IMG/VR virus record: IMGVR_UViG_3300034050_000451
Coordinates: 62,001 to 126,000 of that record
Reading direction: 5' to 3' (one strand)
Length of the DNA: 64,000 bases
Positions 9,589 through 19,065 of this stretch are shown here, one piece after another. Positions within the stretch are counted from its first letter, which is position 1. Each line of letters opens with the position of its first letter. The notes under the pieces are model-generated. The model had not been told where the DNA came from and did not search any database. It worked only from the letters and a program-made list of their open reading frames with translations. The position numbers were made by a program, and so were the translations under genes.

Positions 9589-10065
9589 TTATTTTTGATT
9601 CGGGTCTTCCAAATTTTTAATATATTCATCAATTAATCGACTAACCGCTTCCGGCTTTTCATCTGCCTTAAATTTTACTTTAATCTTAGCCATACCAGCT
9701 TCACTTGGATTGTAACCGGAATCAACCTCAATACCTTTGATATTGTGTTCGTATCCCTTTTTCTTAAATAACCCCAATAGAGATTTTTTAAGATTGGAAA
9801 CTTCCTTTTCTTCATCACCAAATATAAGTCTACAAGAGAACTCAATATCTAATTCTTCCAACCCAATAGATGAGTGGTCTGCTAAAATATAAAGAGGAAC
9901 AATCATATCCCTACCACCTATATTAAAGGAAGTAGTTTTGGGTGTACCATCTTCATTGAAATAGTTTCGGAGAGCATTAATATGCTGTCTTTCACTTATA
10001 CCTTGAGAAACCATGGCGGCCTCTAACAGACCGCCAACTAGTTCCTCTACATTTAATCTTGCCAT
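9589..10065 (-). CDS. DUF2589-family protein (short paralogue)
   Basis: EELVGGLLEAA...YFNEDGTPK...VPLYILADHSSIGLEELDIEF...PEAVSRLID pattern. Confidence 0.7.
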   Translation of the reverse strand: MARLNVEELVGGLLEAAMVSQGISERQHINALRNYFNEDGTPKTTSFNIGGRDMIVPLYILADHSSIGLEELDIEFSCRLIFGDEEKEVSNLKKSLLGLFKKKGYEHNIKGIEVDSGYNPSEAGMAKIKVKFKADEKPEAVSRLIDEYIKNLEDPNQK

Positions 10066-10091
10066 AATATATAACCTTTATTGTTTAATTA

Positions 10092-10694
10092 TTACTTAGC
10101 TGCAGTACCTTCTCCGAATGGAATTAACGATGGCTCTAACATTTGAGTTAGGTAATCAGATAATTTCAACATACCTTCAGTTGCTGGTAATTGCTCAGCA
10201 TGTACTTTTACATTGTATTTTGCTGAGTTATCAGTTGAACGAGTGTTTTCTTTGTTGGTTGAAACTTTACCTGCTACTTTAGCGTTAAAGCTCATTCCCC
10301 ACCATTTTCCACCTGCAGACATTTCATAGCTGTTTTCACTAGCTGATGTATCCTTCGATGCTTCAGATGTTTTAACTTCCATAGCGAATTCGATGTCCGC
10401 TGATGTAATAGCCAATGATGGTAGTGGTACTAATGGTAACATTGGAACTTTACTATACAATTTTTGTATTTCTTGTTCACCTGTATCTGCGTTAGTAACA
10501 ACACGATTCATTTCTACGTCTAATGAACGAGCAGATGTTTTACCTGTCTTTTCATCTTTTACGAAAGCAACTTCAGAAATGTACTTCCAAGTTACTTCAT
10601 TTAATTTTGCTTGCCCTTTAGCCATTCCAATAATAGGAGAAACAATTAGTTCTTCTATTGGAAGACCTGCGAACTGGTCTGCGATTGATGCCAT
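10092..10694 (-). CDS. DUF2589-family protein (long paralogue)
   Basis: FAGLPIEELIVSP...AKGQAKL...VPMLPLVPLPSLAI...IEFAMEVK...TRSTDNSAKYNVKVHAEQLPATEGM. Confidence 0.8.
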   Translation of the reverse strand: MASIADQFAGLPIEELIVSPIIGMAKGQAKLNEVTWKYISEVAFVKDEKTGKTSARSLDVEMNRVVTNADTGEQEIQKLYSKVPMLPLVPLPSLAITSADIEFAMEVKTSEASKDTSASENSYEMSAGGKWWGMSFNAKVAGKVSTNKENTRSTDNSAKYNVKVHAEQLPATEGMLKLSDYLTQMLEPSLIPFGEGTAAK

Positions 10695-10739
10695 AAAATT
10701 TATTTTTTTTTATATTAGTTTAACGTAACCAAAGTTGTT

Positions 10740-10747
10740 TATAAGTA
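10740..10747 (-). promoter_or_regulatory. Putative phage late promoter (TACTTATA)
   Basis: Variant of the recurrent motif upstream of the DUF2589 pair. Confidence 0.5.
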
Positions 10748-10774
10748 TGTAGTATTTTTTGAAAGCAAATAGCT

Positions 10775-10978
10775 TTATGAAAATTTAACCATACCCTTAT
10801 ATTTCTTTTTTATTTTATCTATTTCCGAAATTGCTTCCGTAAAACTTTTTTTAATTTCTTCATTTACAGTAAAATCCATTATAACTTCACAATGTGGGCA
10901 TGCCATCACTGGATGCTTTATAATAAATTGTAAAGTTAAACCAAGTGGTTGTTTACATGCGGGGCAGGGTAAAGCCAT
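10775..10978 (-). CDS. Small zinc-ribbon protein
   Basis: CPAC...CPHC; has its own upstream promoter motif. Confidence 0.7.
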   Translation of the reverse strand: MALPCPACKQPLGLTLQFIIKHPVMACPHCEVIMDFTVNEEIKKSFTEAISEIDKIKKKYKGMVKFS

Positions 10979-10993
10979 AAAATTCTACTTTAT

Positions 10994-11001
10994 TATAAGT
11001 A
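10994..11001 (-). promoter_or_regulatory. Putative phage late promoter (TACTTATA)
   Basis: Motif 15 nt upstream of the ATG at 10978. Confidence 0.55.
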
Positions 11002-11023
11002 TAAGAGTTTTAACAAAACCGCA

Positions 11024-11053
11024 TAAAAAAGAGGGATAGTTTCCTATCCCTCT
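11024..11053 (-). terminator. Rho-independent terminator after the major capsid gene
   Basis: Minus strand AGAGGGATAG-GAAA-CTATCCCTCT perfect 10-bp stem followed by a T-run. Confidence 0.9.
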
Positions 11054-11076
11054 AATTCTATAAAATTAAGTTTCTA

Positions 11077-12717
11077 TTAAATAGAAGCTAAATCTTTAAC
11101 AAAAATACGACCGTAGTACTCAGGACGAACCATTTTCTTAGCGTATCTTGTCATTACACCTCTACGAGGAGTAAAGTTTGTTGGGTCATACACCAAAGGA
11201 GTCATAATTAATGGAACGTATGGTGCGTAAACAGCTCCAGTTTCCAAGAAGTTTGAACCTCTGAATCCTAACAAGATTTCGTTTGAAGTCATGTAAGGGT
11301 TTTTGTAAACAGTGTATCTATTAGCGATAGCACCAACTTGCGTTACACCAGCTGCGAAAGATGCAGAATCCTTATCAGCGTTCACTGTAAATGCAGGAAT
11401 CGATTCTAAGATAGTACATACATCAGGAGAAGCAACAACGAAGTTAGCTCCACCTCTTAATGTCAATTGGTGAATTTTGTTAGATACTTTGTTTAATTTA
11501 GTACCTAAAGTTTGGAACCAAGTATTCTTTTGGTAAGCCATTCCAGTTGCTGCTCCAGACCATACGCCTGATGCTGCATTGTATTCTTCACCAATAGTTG
11601 CTGACCAATACTCAGTAGTTAAAGCGTTTGATTTTAACATATCTAAGATTTCTAAGTCAATCTCTAAAGAGATATAATCAGATAACATAGAAGTTAATTC
11701 CGCTTCAGCGTCAATTGAGTGGTAAGCGTTCAAATCTTGCGCCAATTCAGGAGTCCATACTGCTTTCAACTTACGAGTCTTAGCAACGATAGCCTCTGAT
11801 TTCAATTCTAAGTCAACCTCAGGAATATCGATATCAGTTCCGATTGTTCCTTCAGTATCTGCTCTTTTACCAGAGTTTTTACCATCTTCAAAATCACCTC
11901 TAGAGTAATCATTTGGTACAACTGAGTAAGTTAATACTACAGTTTGTGCAGCAGTTTTAGCAGTTTGTAAACCAGCAGATGCTGATACGAACATTACTAA
12001 GTTAGCTCCAGATACTTTGTGGAATTGATTTAAGTTAGTAAGTGAACCACTTGCTACGTTAAATGAACGTACACCATCTAAATCAGCTGTTGTTGGAGCT
12101 GTGAAAGTTGCTTTATGCACTTGTCCAGCTGCTACAGAAGCAGAAAGTTCAGATGTAAATCCTACATCAGCCCAAGATGCTGAAGTATAAGTGATTGCAG
12201 AGTGAGCGAAAGATGCAGTTACATCATTTACTGTGTATCCGAATCTACCTTCACCATATAAACCATTTTCAGCTACTGCAGTAGTACCGAAACCAGCACC
12301 AGCAGCAGAATCTTGTCCGTTACCACCAAAAAGTGATTTTCCAGAGAAAGTTGGGTTACCACCTTGAGCAGTACCATATTTGAAATCCAAATAGAATACA
12401 AGTCCAGAAGGTAAGTTCATAGGTTGTACACTAACGAATTCTTTAGAAGCAATCTCACCGAAGATTCTTCTTACTAAAGGTAAAGCTACACCGCTCCACT
12501 CTTCAGAGTTTGCACCAACACCAGTTTGTGTTGCTTCATCAAGCAATTGTTTTGCTTGGTTTTCCAAAAGTACAGCCATTGCACTTTGGTCTTTTGTCTT
12601 TAAGCCTTCAAGAAGTCCAGTTTTTTCCCATTTTGATTTAAGTTGACGAGTTTCGTTCAACATAACCGATTGTGGGTTCTTTCCTTCCATTAACTTAGAT
12701 AAATCGAAATTTGCCAT
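11077..12717 (-). CDS. gp23: Major capsid protein (T4 gp23-like)
   Basis: VSVQPMNLPSGLVFYLDF, AKTRKLKAVWTPELAQDLNAYHSIDAEAEL, YAPYVPL and PRRGVMTRYA. Confidence 0.97.
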   Translation of the reverse strand: MANFDLSKLMEGKNPQSVMLNETRQLKSKWEKTGLLEGLKTKDQSAMAVLLENQAKQLLDEATQTGVGANSEEWSGVALPLVRRIFGEIASKEFVSVQPMNLPSGLVFYLDFKYGTAQGGNPTFSGKSLFGGNGQDSAAGAGFGTTAVAENGLYGEGRFGYTVNDVTASFAHSAITYTSASWADVGFTSELSASVAAGQVHKATFTAPTTADLDGVRSFNVASGSLTNLNQFHKVSGANLVMFVSASAGLQTAKTAAQTVVLTYSVVPNDYSRGDFEDGKNSGKRADTEGTIGTDIDIPEVDLELKSEAIVAKTRKLKAVWTPELAQDLNAYHSIDAEAELTSMLSDYISLEIDLEILDMLKSNALTTEYWSATIGEEYNAASGVWSGAATGMAYQKNTWFQTLGTKLNKVSNKIHQLTLRGGANFVVASPDVCTILESIPAFTVNADKDSASFAAGVTQVGAIANRYTVYKNPYMTSNEILLGFRGSNFLETGAVYAPYVPLIMTPLVYDPTNFTPRRGVMTRYAKKMVRPEYYGRIFVKDLASI

Positions 12718-12755
12718 TTTATTTTTCTTTTTTAATGTGTTTGTTAATAAATAAA

Positions 12756-13778
12756 TTATTTAATGTTTGCAAGTTCTTTGAATCTTGCAGCCATTAGATT
12801 TGTGTTCTCAGAAATGATTTCTTTCTTAGGTGCAGTTGAACGAGTTGGCTTAGATGCTACGCTTTCAGCGATTGCTCTTTTAGCTTTTCTTTCAGTACCT
12901 GTAAAGTTCATTGATTCTGATAACGTTGCGAAAACTAATTTTACTTCTCTAACAGAAGTTGTTCTGTCAAGATTTTCTACAACTTTACCTTTTTGCTCGT
13001 TAGTTAAATTATAACCTCTAAACAATTTGTTAGCGTAAAGTAATTTTGCGTTCAATAAGTTTACTTCGTTGATTGTAGATTGTAATTTTTTGATTACTGA
13101 ATAAGCTTCTTCTAATTCTGCTTCTAATTCTGCAGAGTTATCAACAACTTCTTCTTCACCTTCAGTTACTTCCTCATCATCCCCGTAACCCATTTCTCTA
13201 AGGATTTCCTCTAAGTCGATTTCATCTTCTTCTTCAGATACAGGAGCTTCTTCTTCAGAACCCATTTCCATTTCTTCCTCTTCAGCTACAGGAGCTTCTT
13301 CGGGAGCAATTTCCATTTCTTCTTCTTCAGTTACTTCCTCTTCTTCAGAGTCCATACCCATTTCAAGTTCTCTGATGATTTCTTCTAAATCTAACTCATC
13401 TTCACCCATCTCATCTTCTTCAGACATTGATGCGTCATCAGCGTTAGTCGGGTCATCATACCCTTCAGCTTCTTCCATTGCTTCTTCAGAGTCCATTTCT
13501 GTTTCCTCTTCTTCAACAACATCAGTAGCTTCTTCTTCATTGCTTACCATAGCAGTTTGTTCTTCGTCATCACCCATGTCTAAATCCATTGAGTCCATCT
13601 CTTCTTCCATAGTTTCTTCCTCTTCACCTTCCATTTCAGCTTGTAGCTTTCTTGATAGGATAGATTGTAAACGTGGAGTAAAAGCTTCCTCTAATGCGAT
13701 TTTAGCGTTAGCGATAGCGGTTTCCCTTACAGCCTTGGCATCAGCAATTGCTTCTTTTAACAATTTTGAATTTGCCAT
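12756..13778 (-). CDS. Prohead core scaffolding protein (gp22-like)
   Basis: Very acidic, Glu-rich coiled-coil protein immediately upstream of the major capsid gene. Confidence 0.8.
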   Translation of the reverse strand: MANSKLLKEAIADAKAVRETAIANAKIALEEAFTPRLQSILSRKLQAEMEGEEEETMEEEMDSMDLDMGDDEEQTAMVSNEEEATDVVEEEETEMDSEEAMEEAEGYDDPTNADDASMSEEDEMGEDELDLEEIIRELEMGMDSEEEEVTEEEEMEIAPEEAPVAEEEEMEMGSEEEAPVSEEEDEIDLEEILREMGYGDDEEVTEGEEEVVDNSAELEAELEEAYSVIKKLQSTINEVNLLNAKLLYANKLFRGYNLTNEQKGKVVENLDRTTSVREVKLVFATLSESMNFTGTERKAKRAIAESVASKPTRSTAPKKEIISENTNLMAARFKELANIK

Positions 13779-13920
13779 TTCTTTTACCGTGTTTTTTAAA
13801 ATTTTCTGAAGTTATTTGAGGAACCTCAATGTAGTTGGTTTTGAATTGGTTGTTCGGTAACTACACATATAGGTGAGTATTCATTAACCAATAAACCCAT
13901 AAGAATGGGTTATTAACAAA

Positions 13921-13928
13921 GATAAATA
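13921..13928 (-). promoter_or_regulatory. Putative late promoter variant (TATTTATC) for the scaffold-capsid operon
   Basis: One mismatch to the recurrent motif; about 140 nt upstream of the scaffold ATG and downstream of a terminator. Confidence 0.45.
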
Positions 13929-13990
13929 TACATATTTTTTAGAAAACGATAAAAAATGTATAATTTTCTTTAGTTTTTTTTAAAATACAT

Positions 13991-14016
13991 AAAAAAAGAT
14001 GGATAAACCACCTTTT
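13991..14016 (-). terminator. Rho-independent terminator
   Basis: Minus strand AAAAGGTGG-TTTAT-CCATCTTTT plus further Ts, right after the stop at 14018. Confidence 0.6.
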
Positions 14017-14017
14017 A

Positions 14018-14305
14018 TTAATACGATTGCCCAGTATTTATATTAAATTCAGGTATACCATAATATGCAATACCTACACCAGATGATTGTGTAATCTCAG
14101 TTATACTACCGAATACATCTACTCCAGCTGGTATTGTATTTAAACCAAATGAACCAGATATTTGTGAAGCATTAAATTTAAGGTCAGTTACTGTAGCTGT
14201 TACCGTCTTATAACGATATACATTACTAACTGTTAATTGCCTAGACCCACTTATAATTTGAGCCCCACCTAGCCCATACGCATGTTTGTTAGAATCGATA
14301 TACAT
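14018..14305 (-). CDS. Hypothetical small (probably virion) protein
   Basis: 95-aa co-oriented ORF with ISGS motifs like the structural proteins. Confidence 0.65.
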   Translation of the reverse strand: MYIDSNKHAYGLGGAQIISGSRQLTVSNVYRYKTVTATVTDLKFNASQISGSFGLNTIPAGVDVFGSITEITQSSGVGIAYYGIPEFNINTGQSY

Positions 14306-14328
14306 AATAAAATTGTTTTTTAATATAG

Positions 14329-15465
14329 TTATTTTTTTAATTTTAAACTTCTTTGTGCGTTGGTTAAACCATCAATGATTGATTGCAATCCCCCCTTAAC
14401 ACCATCAGTATCTTTATCTTTAACTCTCTTATCTAAAATCTTTGTATTCATTTTTAAAAAGTTAATGATTGCATTTTCAACTGCGCTCCATCTAATTTCT
14501 TCTTCATTTACCGATTCATTCTTTTGGTGAAGTTTGATTGTAAGTCTTTGATTTGGATTACCATCGTGTCCAACCAATGCACTAACAAAATTCATTTTAC
14601 CTTGCAAGTTTGCTGATTTAATACTTTTGAAAAGTTTTACACCATCCAAATTATGTTTATCAATAAAGGCTTGAACCGCATCACCTCTTGTAGCAGTTAA
14701 TGCTGCAATTCCCATTGCTTCTTTACCAGCACCTTCAGTTACTACTGATTCTCTTTTATCAAGCTCAAAGTATATTCTACTTTTAACTTTTTGGAATGTA
14801 TCAGCTGCTAACTTAGCGTTACCAGTAAATCCCATCTCCAATCCAATTTCTTTTGAACGAATACCTTTTTTAGCCAATGCCATTATTTGAGCTGCTACTG
14901 GTTTAGAAACTACTTGAGTTGGTGTATCAACGTGAATGATATGTTTGAATGCCTCAGTTACTACTGATTCTAAATATACATATTTACCATCAAATGATGC
15001 TGCTATTTTTTTTGAATTTAAAAAATCTGCTGCTTTTTTAGCATTGTTTGGTGAATCATAAACCATTGCACCATCATCTTCTACCATTTTAAATCCCTTA
15101 TGAATACTACCCATATGTTTAGCAACTTCAGGAGATAACGATTCTTTAATAATATTCTCCATTAATCCAATTGCAATATCTTTAACTTCTCTTTCTGCAC
15201 CAGCTGCATATTTCTTATTTACAATTGCAATAGTGTTTCCAGATACTTTAATTCTATACATCGGTATCATTGAAGTTGAGAAATCATACTTTACACCAAT
15301 TTTCTTTAATTCAGAACCAACGTTCATAAATGATGATGCGTTTTTAACTGCTGCTTCAATTTTATCTAAATCAGCATCGTATCTTCCTTCGTTTACTGAT
15401 TCTATTTCTGAAAGAACTGATTCTTTCATAGTTTCTCTTACTATTTTTCTTAATTGCTCTTTCAT
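14329..15465 (-). CDS. Putative internal head protein, modular, with ESVxxE/ESVNE linkers
   Basis: Modules separated by ESVNE, ESVVTE (twice) and ESVNE; located in the head cluster. Confidence 0.65.
   Translation of the reverse strand: MKEQLRKIVRETMKESVLSEIESVNEGRYDADLDKIEAAVKNASSFMNVGSELKKIGVKYDFSTSMIPMYRIKVSGNTIAIVNKKYAAGAEREVKDIAIGLMENIIKESLSPEVAKHMGSIHKGFKMVEDDGAMVYDSPNNAKKAADFLNSKKIAASFDGKYVYLESVVTEAFKHIIHVDTPTQVVSKPVAAQIMALAKKGIRSKEIGLEMGFTGNAKLAADTFQKVKSRIYFELDKRESVVTEGAGKEAMGIAALTATRGDAVQAFIDKHNLDGVKLFKSIKSANLQGKMNFVSALVGHDGNPNQRLTIKLHQKNESVNEEEIRWSAVENAIINFLKMNTKILDKRVKDKDTDGVKGGLQSIIDGLTNAQRSLKLKK
14735..14971. repeat. 18-bp exact direct repeat TCAGTTACTACTGATTCT at 14735-14752 and 14954-14971
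   Basis: Both copies encode the ESVVTE linker and are 219 bp (73 codons) apart. Confidence 0.85.
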
Positions 15466-15467
15466 AA

Positions 15468-16016
15468 TTATTTTTTTCCTAAACGTTCTTTTACAATTTC
15501 ACCATCTAAATCAGAAATTTCATAGTATCTATTTAATATGTTACCCATATCTTCATAAAGTGAATGTAATCTCTCATCTAACTGTCTTGCTTCAGTTGCA
15601 ACCTTTTCAAATGCTTTATCCATTTTATCTAACTCACTCATATTTCTTTTGATGGTTACTTTATCAAACCAATCATCAGCTTCAGAAAGTGTTAGGGTTT
15701 TAGCAGCTTCTACGATTCCACCCAAAGTTTCAGCTACCTCAACGATATCTGAATTTCTTTTCATTTGCTCTTGGAATGTTTTATAAGTTGAAATAATTTC
15801 TAAGAAGTGTTTTTTAACTTCGTTTGATAATGGTCTATTATCTTCTAATGATTCAGCTATACTGAATTTACCATTAACTATTTTTACTTCATTGATATTG
15901 GTTTTACGAATATCATTATATCCCTTAGATACGTTATTACCACCCTTTTGTTCTACTTTTAAAGTAAAGGTGTTATTTGTTACATAATCGTATATGTCAA
16001 AGTTTTTCTTGCTCAT
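15468..16016 (-). CDS. Hypothetical head-associated protein
   Basis: Helical 182-aa ORF coupled to the prohead protease gene. Confidence 0.65.
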   Translation of the reverse strand: MSKKNFDIYDYVTNNTFTLKVEQKGGNNVSKGYNDIRKTNINEVKIVNGKFSIAESLEDNRPLSNEVKKHFLEIISTYKTFQEQMKRNSDIVEVAETLGGIVEAAKTLTLSEADDWFDKVTIKRNMSELDKMDKAFEKVATEARQLDERLHSLYEDMGNILNRYYEISDLDGEIVKERLGKK

Positions 16017-16603
16017 TATATTAATCCTGTTATGATTTCTCTCATTAAATCTTGTGCTTTACAAAATTCACCACAAACATCAGTACCAATAGATTTAACT
16101 ACCGATTCGTTCATAGGTGTCATAAATGCACCATGCGTAGATGGATTGGAAACAAAATCCCAACCGATTAATTCAAAGTCCTCTTGAACTTCTACTTTAT
16201 TTCCTTCTAATTGTCTAGTAGAACCCATACCTCTTGATGAGATACCTAATAGGATTCCAGCTCTTAACAATTCTTTTAATATGTTTCCAGATGGTGTTGG
16301 TAAGATTTCAACTGTACCACATAAATCATTACCTTCCCAATGAATTTCTCTCACATTATGAGATACGTTCTTCAAGTTGATTACAGACGAATCAGGGTGG
16401 TCTAATTCACCTAATGCTCGTCTTTCTTTGATAAGTGTTTCATATCTCTTTGCTTCTCTTTGTAAGATTGGCATTGGATATACTCTACCATTTTGGTTTT
16501 CCGCCCCAGCTCTTTGTAGGATTCCTTTAACGATAGTTCTACCAGAGGCATCTTCGTTAACTAATCCCTTAAACAAATTCGTTTCTATTATTAAGCTTTT
16601 CAT
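16016..16603 (-). CDS. gp21: Prohead core protease (T4 gp21-like)
   Basis: NQNGRVYP, ALGELDHP, GISSRGMGS and DFVSNPS motifs. Confidence 0.95.
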   Translation of the reverse strand: MKSLIIETNLFKGLVNEDASGRTIVKGILQRAGAENQNGRVYPMPILQREAKRYETLIKERRALGELDHPDSSVINLKNVSHNVREIHWEGNDLCGTVEILPTPSGNILKELLRAGILLGISSRGMGSTRQLEGNKVEVQEDFELIGWDFVSNPSTHGAFMTPMNESVVKSIGTDVCGEFCKAQDLMREIITGLI

Positions 16604-16628
16604 ATCTGCTCCTCTTATTATTTATGGA

Positions 16629-17732
16629 TTAATTTATTGATTTGAATTTAGGATAGCCCCTACCCTCAACAAATTTAAAACCATTTTGTTTTTTCATACT
16701 ACCTAAAAACAAATCTTTGTAGTATATTTCAACATACGCATATCCAGTTACTTTACAAATATGTTCAGCTGCTTTAATTGCGCTTTCCAATGTAGTAGCC
16801 AAAAAGTTTGTTTCTCTTTCGGTATTTCTTTGATTGGAATCCGTATAGAAATCAAACATAAATCTTTTTTTAACGTCTGCTGCTTCATTAAATGTATCAG
16901 TTTCAGAATTTACATTCTCTTCCAATCCAAATGGCTTTAACCAATTAATCCAATTTTTTGTAATCCAATTAGTTCTATTTTGTGGAGATACTGTCCAATA
17001 CTTTTTATATATAGATTTAAATACCGGAATTAAACTACTATTTTTAAAACCTGCAATACCAGACCATCCTTGTCCACCTCTAACTGCTTGTAAAAAATCA
17101 CTATCATCCTCATAATATTCCATTGAGTTGGATAATATATCTACCAATGCTAACATTGATTTATCATTACCAATTGCTTCGTTAACTGATTCTTTGATTA
17201 CAACGATTCCGTTTTCATCACCTCTTTTAGCAGTTTTAATACCACCATCAATATCACCTAAACGATGTCTTACTTTTTTTGAACCCTTTGTATTACCATT
17301 TTTATCAGATGGAACGAATGTTGCTGAAATACTATCCATATCTACAACTTTATAATACTTCCCACCATCTATTCCCTTTAATCGGGTGAATCCTTGTCCT
17401 AATATTACAGAACCGATTTTTAAATCAGTTGGATATGATGCTTCATCTACTTTTTTACCAGCTCTTAAATCTGCTAAATCATCACTACCGATATCACCAT
17501 CTTTATCAACATCTAATTTCTTTTGACCACCAACTAATTCTTCATTCTTTTCACCTCTACCATCCCATGTGGCATCGATTTTATCAAAAAATGCTTTCTT
17601 TTCCTCATCACTCATAGATGGGATAGATTTTCCAGCTTTTTCTAATGCGGCTTTGAAAAATGATTGATACTCCGATTCCTCATTAACGATTGTACGAAGT
17701 GTTTCTTTTAGTTTTGCTCTAGTAATATTCAT
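16629..17732 (-). CDS. Putative internal head protein, modular, with an EF-hand-like DxDxDG loop
   Basis: LVGGQKKLDVDKDGDIGSDDL; modules separated by VDE, ESVNE and FNE. Confidence 0.6.
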   Translation of the reverse strand: MNITRAKLKETLRTIVNEESEYQSFFKAALEKAGKSIPSMSDEEKKAFFDKIDATWDGRGEKNEELVGGQKKLDVDKDGDIGSDDLADLRAGKKVDEASYPTDLKIGSVILGQGFTRLKGIDGGKYYKVVDMDSISATFVPSDKNGNTKGSKKVRHRLGDIDGGIKTAKRGDENGIVVIKESVNEAIGNDKSMLALVDILSNSMEYYEDDSDFLQAVRGGQGWSGIAGFKNSSLIPVFKSIYKKYWTVSPQNRTNWITKNWINWLKPFGLEENVNSETDTFNEAADVKKRFMFDFYTDSNQRNTERETNFLATTLESAIKAAEHICKVTGYAYVEIYYKDLFLGSMKKQNGFKFVEGRGYPKFKSIN

Positions 17733-17747
17733 AGTATAGGTTTCCTA

Positions 17748-18197
17748 TTATAGTTTGCTAATTGATGTAGCAATATTGTTTAATCTCTCTCTTATTCTGA
17801 ATAAGTTTGATTTAGTTCTTTTCCAATATTGGTCAGAGTTTAAATCACCTTCATTTTTAATCTTACCATACCAACCAAGGAATGTTTCGATTTCAGAAAG
17901 TTGTCTATTAACATTAGAAATTCCTCTACCAATTTTTTGTTTTGGAGAGGATTCATCTTTTCTTAATTCATGCCAACGATTTTCATCAACTTTTTTATAT
18001 CCAGTTGATTGATTTATTCTTTTTGTAATTGCATCATCTGGTTCAGCTTCTTCATCAGTACCATCCGTTGCTTTGAATGCATTGGGAGTATTGTATCCAG
18101 CTACATCACCAGTTGTTGTTGCTTCACCTAACTCTAACTCCTCTTGCTGAATCTCTTCTAAAAGTTCATCAATTAGTTCTCTTAGTTTACTTGTCAT
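17748..18197 (-). CDS. Hypothetical head-associated protein
   Basis: LGE-ATTTGDVAGYNTPNAF motif; head cluster. Confidence 0.65.
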   Translation of the reverse strand: MTSKLRELIDELLEEIQQEELELGEATTTGDVAGYNTPNAFKATDGTDEEAEPDDAITKRINQSTGYKKVDENRWHELRKDESSPKQKIGRGISNVNRQLSEIETFLGWYGKIKNEGDLNSDQYWKRTKSNLFRIRERLNNIATSISKL

Positions 18198-19065
18198 TTA
18201 ATCTACCCTTTAGTTCTTTAATTAATTCGTATGATATCATTAATGATGATACGTGATTATCAGAAACAGTCTTACCAATTTTAGTTTTATTTAAAACAGA
18301 TACAGTCTCAGCTAATTTAATTTTAGTAACTTTGTCATTGATAGACTTATGTAATACTTTTAATTCTTTTACTATTGATGGAATTTCCTTCTCAACGTAT
18401 TCTTTAAATTTAGTAGTATTGGTAATATTATTAATAAACTGCTTTAATAATTCTTTTTGACTTTCATCTAAATTAGAATATTTTTTATTAAACGTTTCTA
18501 CTAATATTTTGTAGGTAAGTAATCTTAAATCTTTATCTTGTTTTTTATAAGATTCTACTAATTTCTGAGCATCATCTGATTTTTCTACAATTACTGTTTG
18601 ATTCGATGTTATATTTTCAATTAAAGTAATTTTAGAATTAAAAATATCTTTAACATCATAATCTACCATATTCTTAGCTTCAAATACTTTATATATTGAT
18701 GCTAATACTTTATAGTTAGTTATTGGAGATGATAAGAAATCATCCATATCGAATGATTCATTAATCTTCTTAATAAGATTATATTTTTCTCTTTGTAATT
18801 TACTTTGATTGATACGGGTATGCGCTTCATTGATTGTATCAATAAATTTTTCAGCTCTGGATTCTGACTTATATTTCTCCTTTAGTAAGAGTTCATATAA
18901 TCTATGTTCTTTATTCAATTCAGTTTTTGGTGAAAAGAATTCTCTAACAATATGCTTTGCTTTTTCAGTCGCATCTCCATTAAGCACTTCTAATGTAATT
19001 TGCCTTACAAGAAGTTCAAATAGAATACCTGTGTTCTTAAATTTCGAATGTTTTACCTTCTTCAT
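18187..19065 (-). CDS. Conserved hypothetical protein next to portal
   Basis: 292-aa helical ORF (KHSKFKNTGILFELLVRQIT) with a late-type promoter. Confidence 0.65.
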   Translation of the reverse strand: MKKVKHSKFKNTGILFELLVRQITLEVLNGDATEKAKHIVREFFSPKTELNKEHRLYELLLKEKYKSESRAEKFIDTINEAHTRINQSKLQREKYNLIKKINESFDMDDFLSSPITNYKVLASIYKVFEAKNMVDYDVKDIFNSKITLIENITSNQTVIVEKSDDAQKLVESYKKQDKDLRLLTYKILVETFNKKYSNLDESQKELLKQFINNITNTTKFKEYVEKEIPSIVKELKVLHKSINDKVTKIKLAETVSVLNKTKIGKTVSDNHVSSLMISYELIKELKGRLNDK

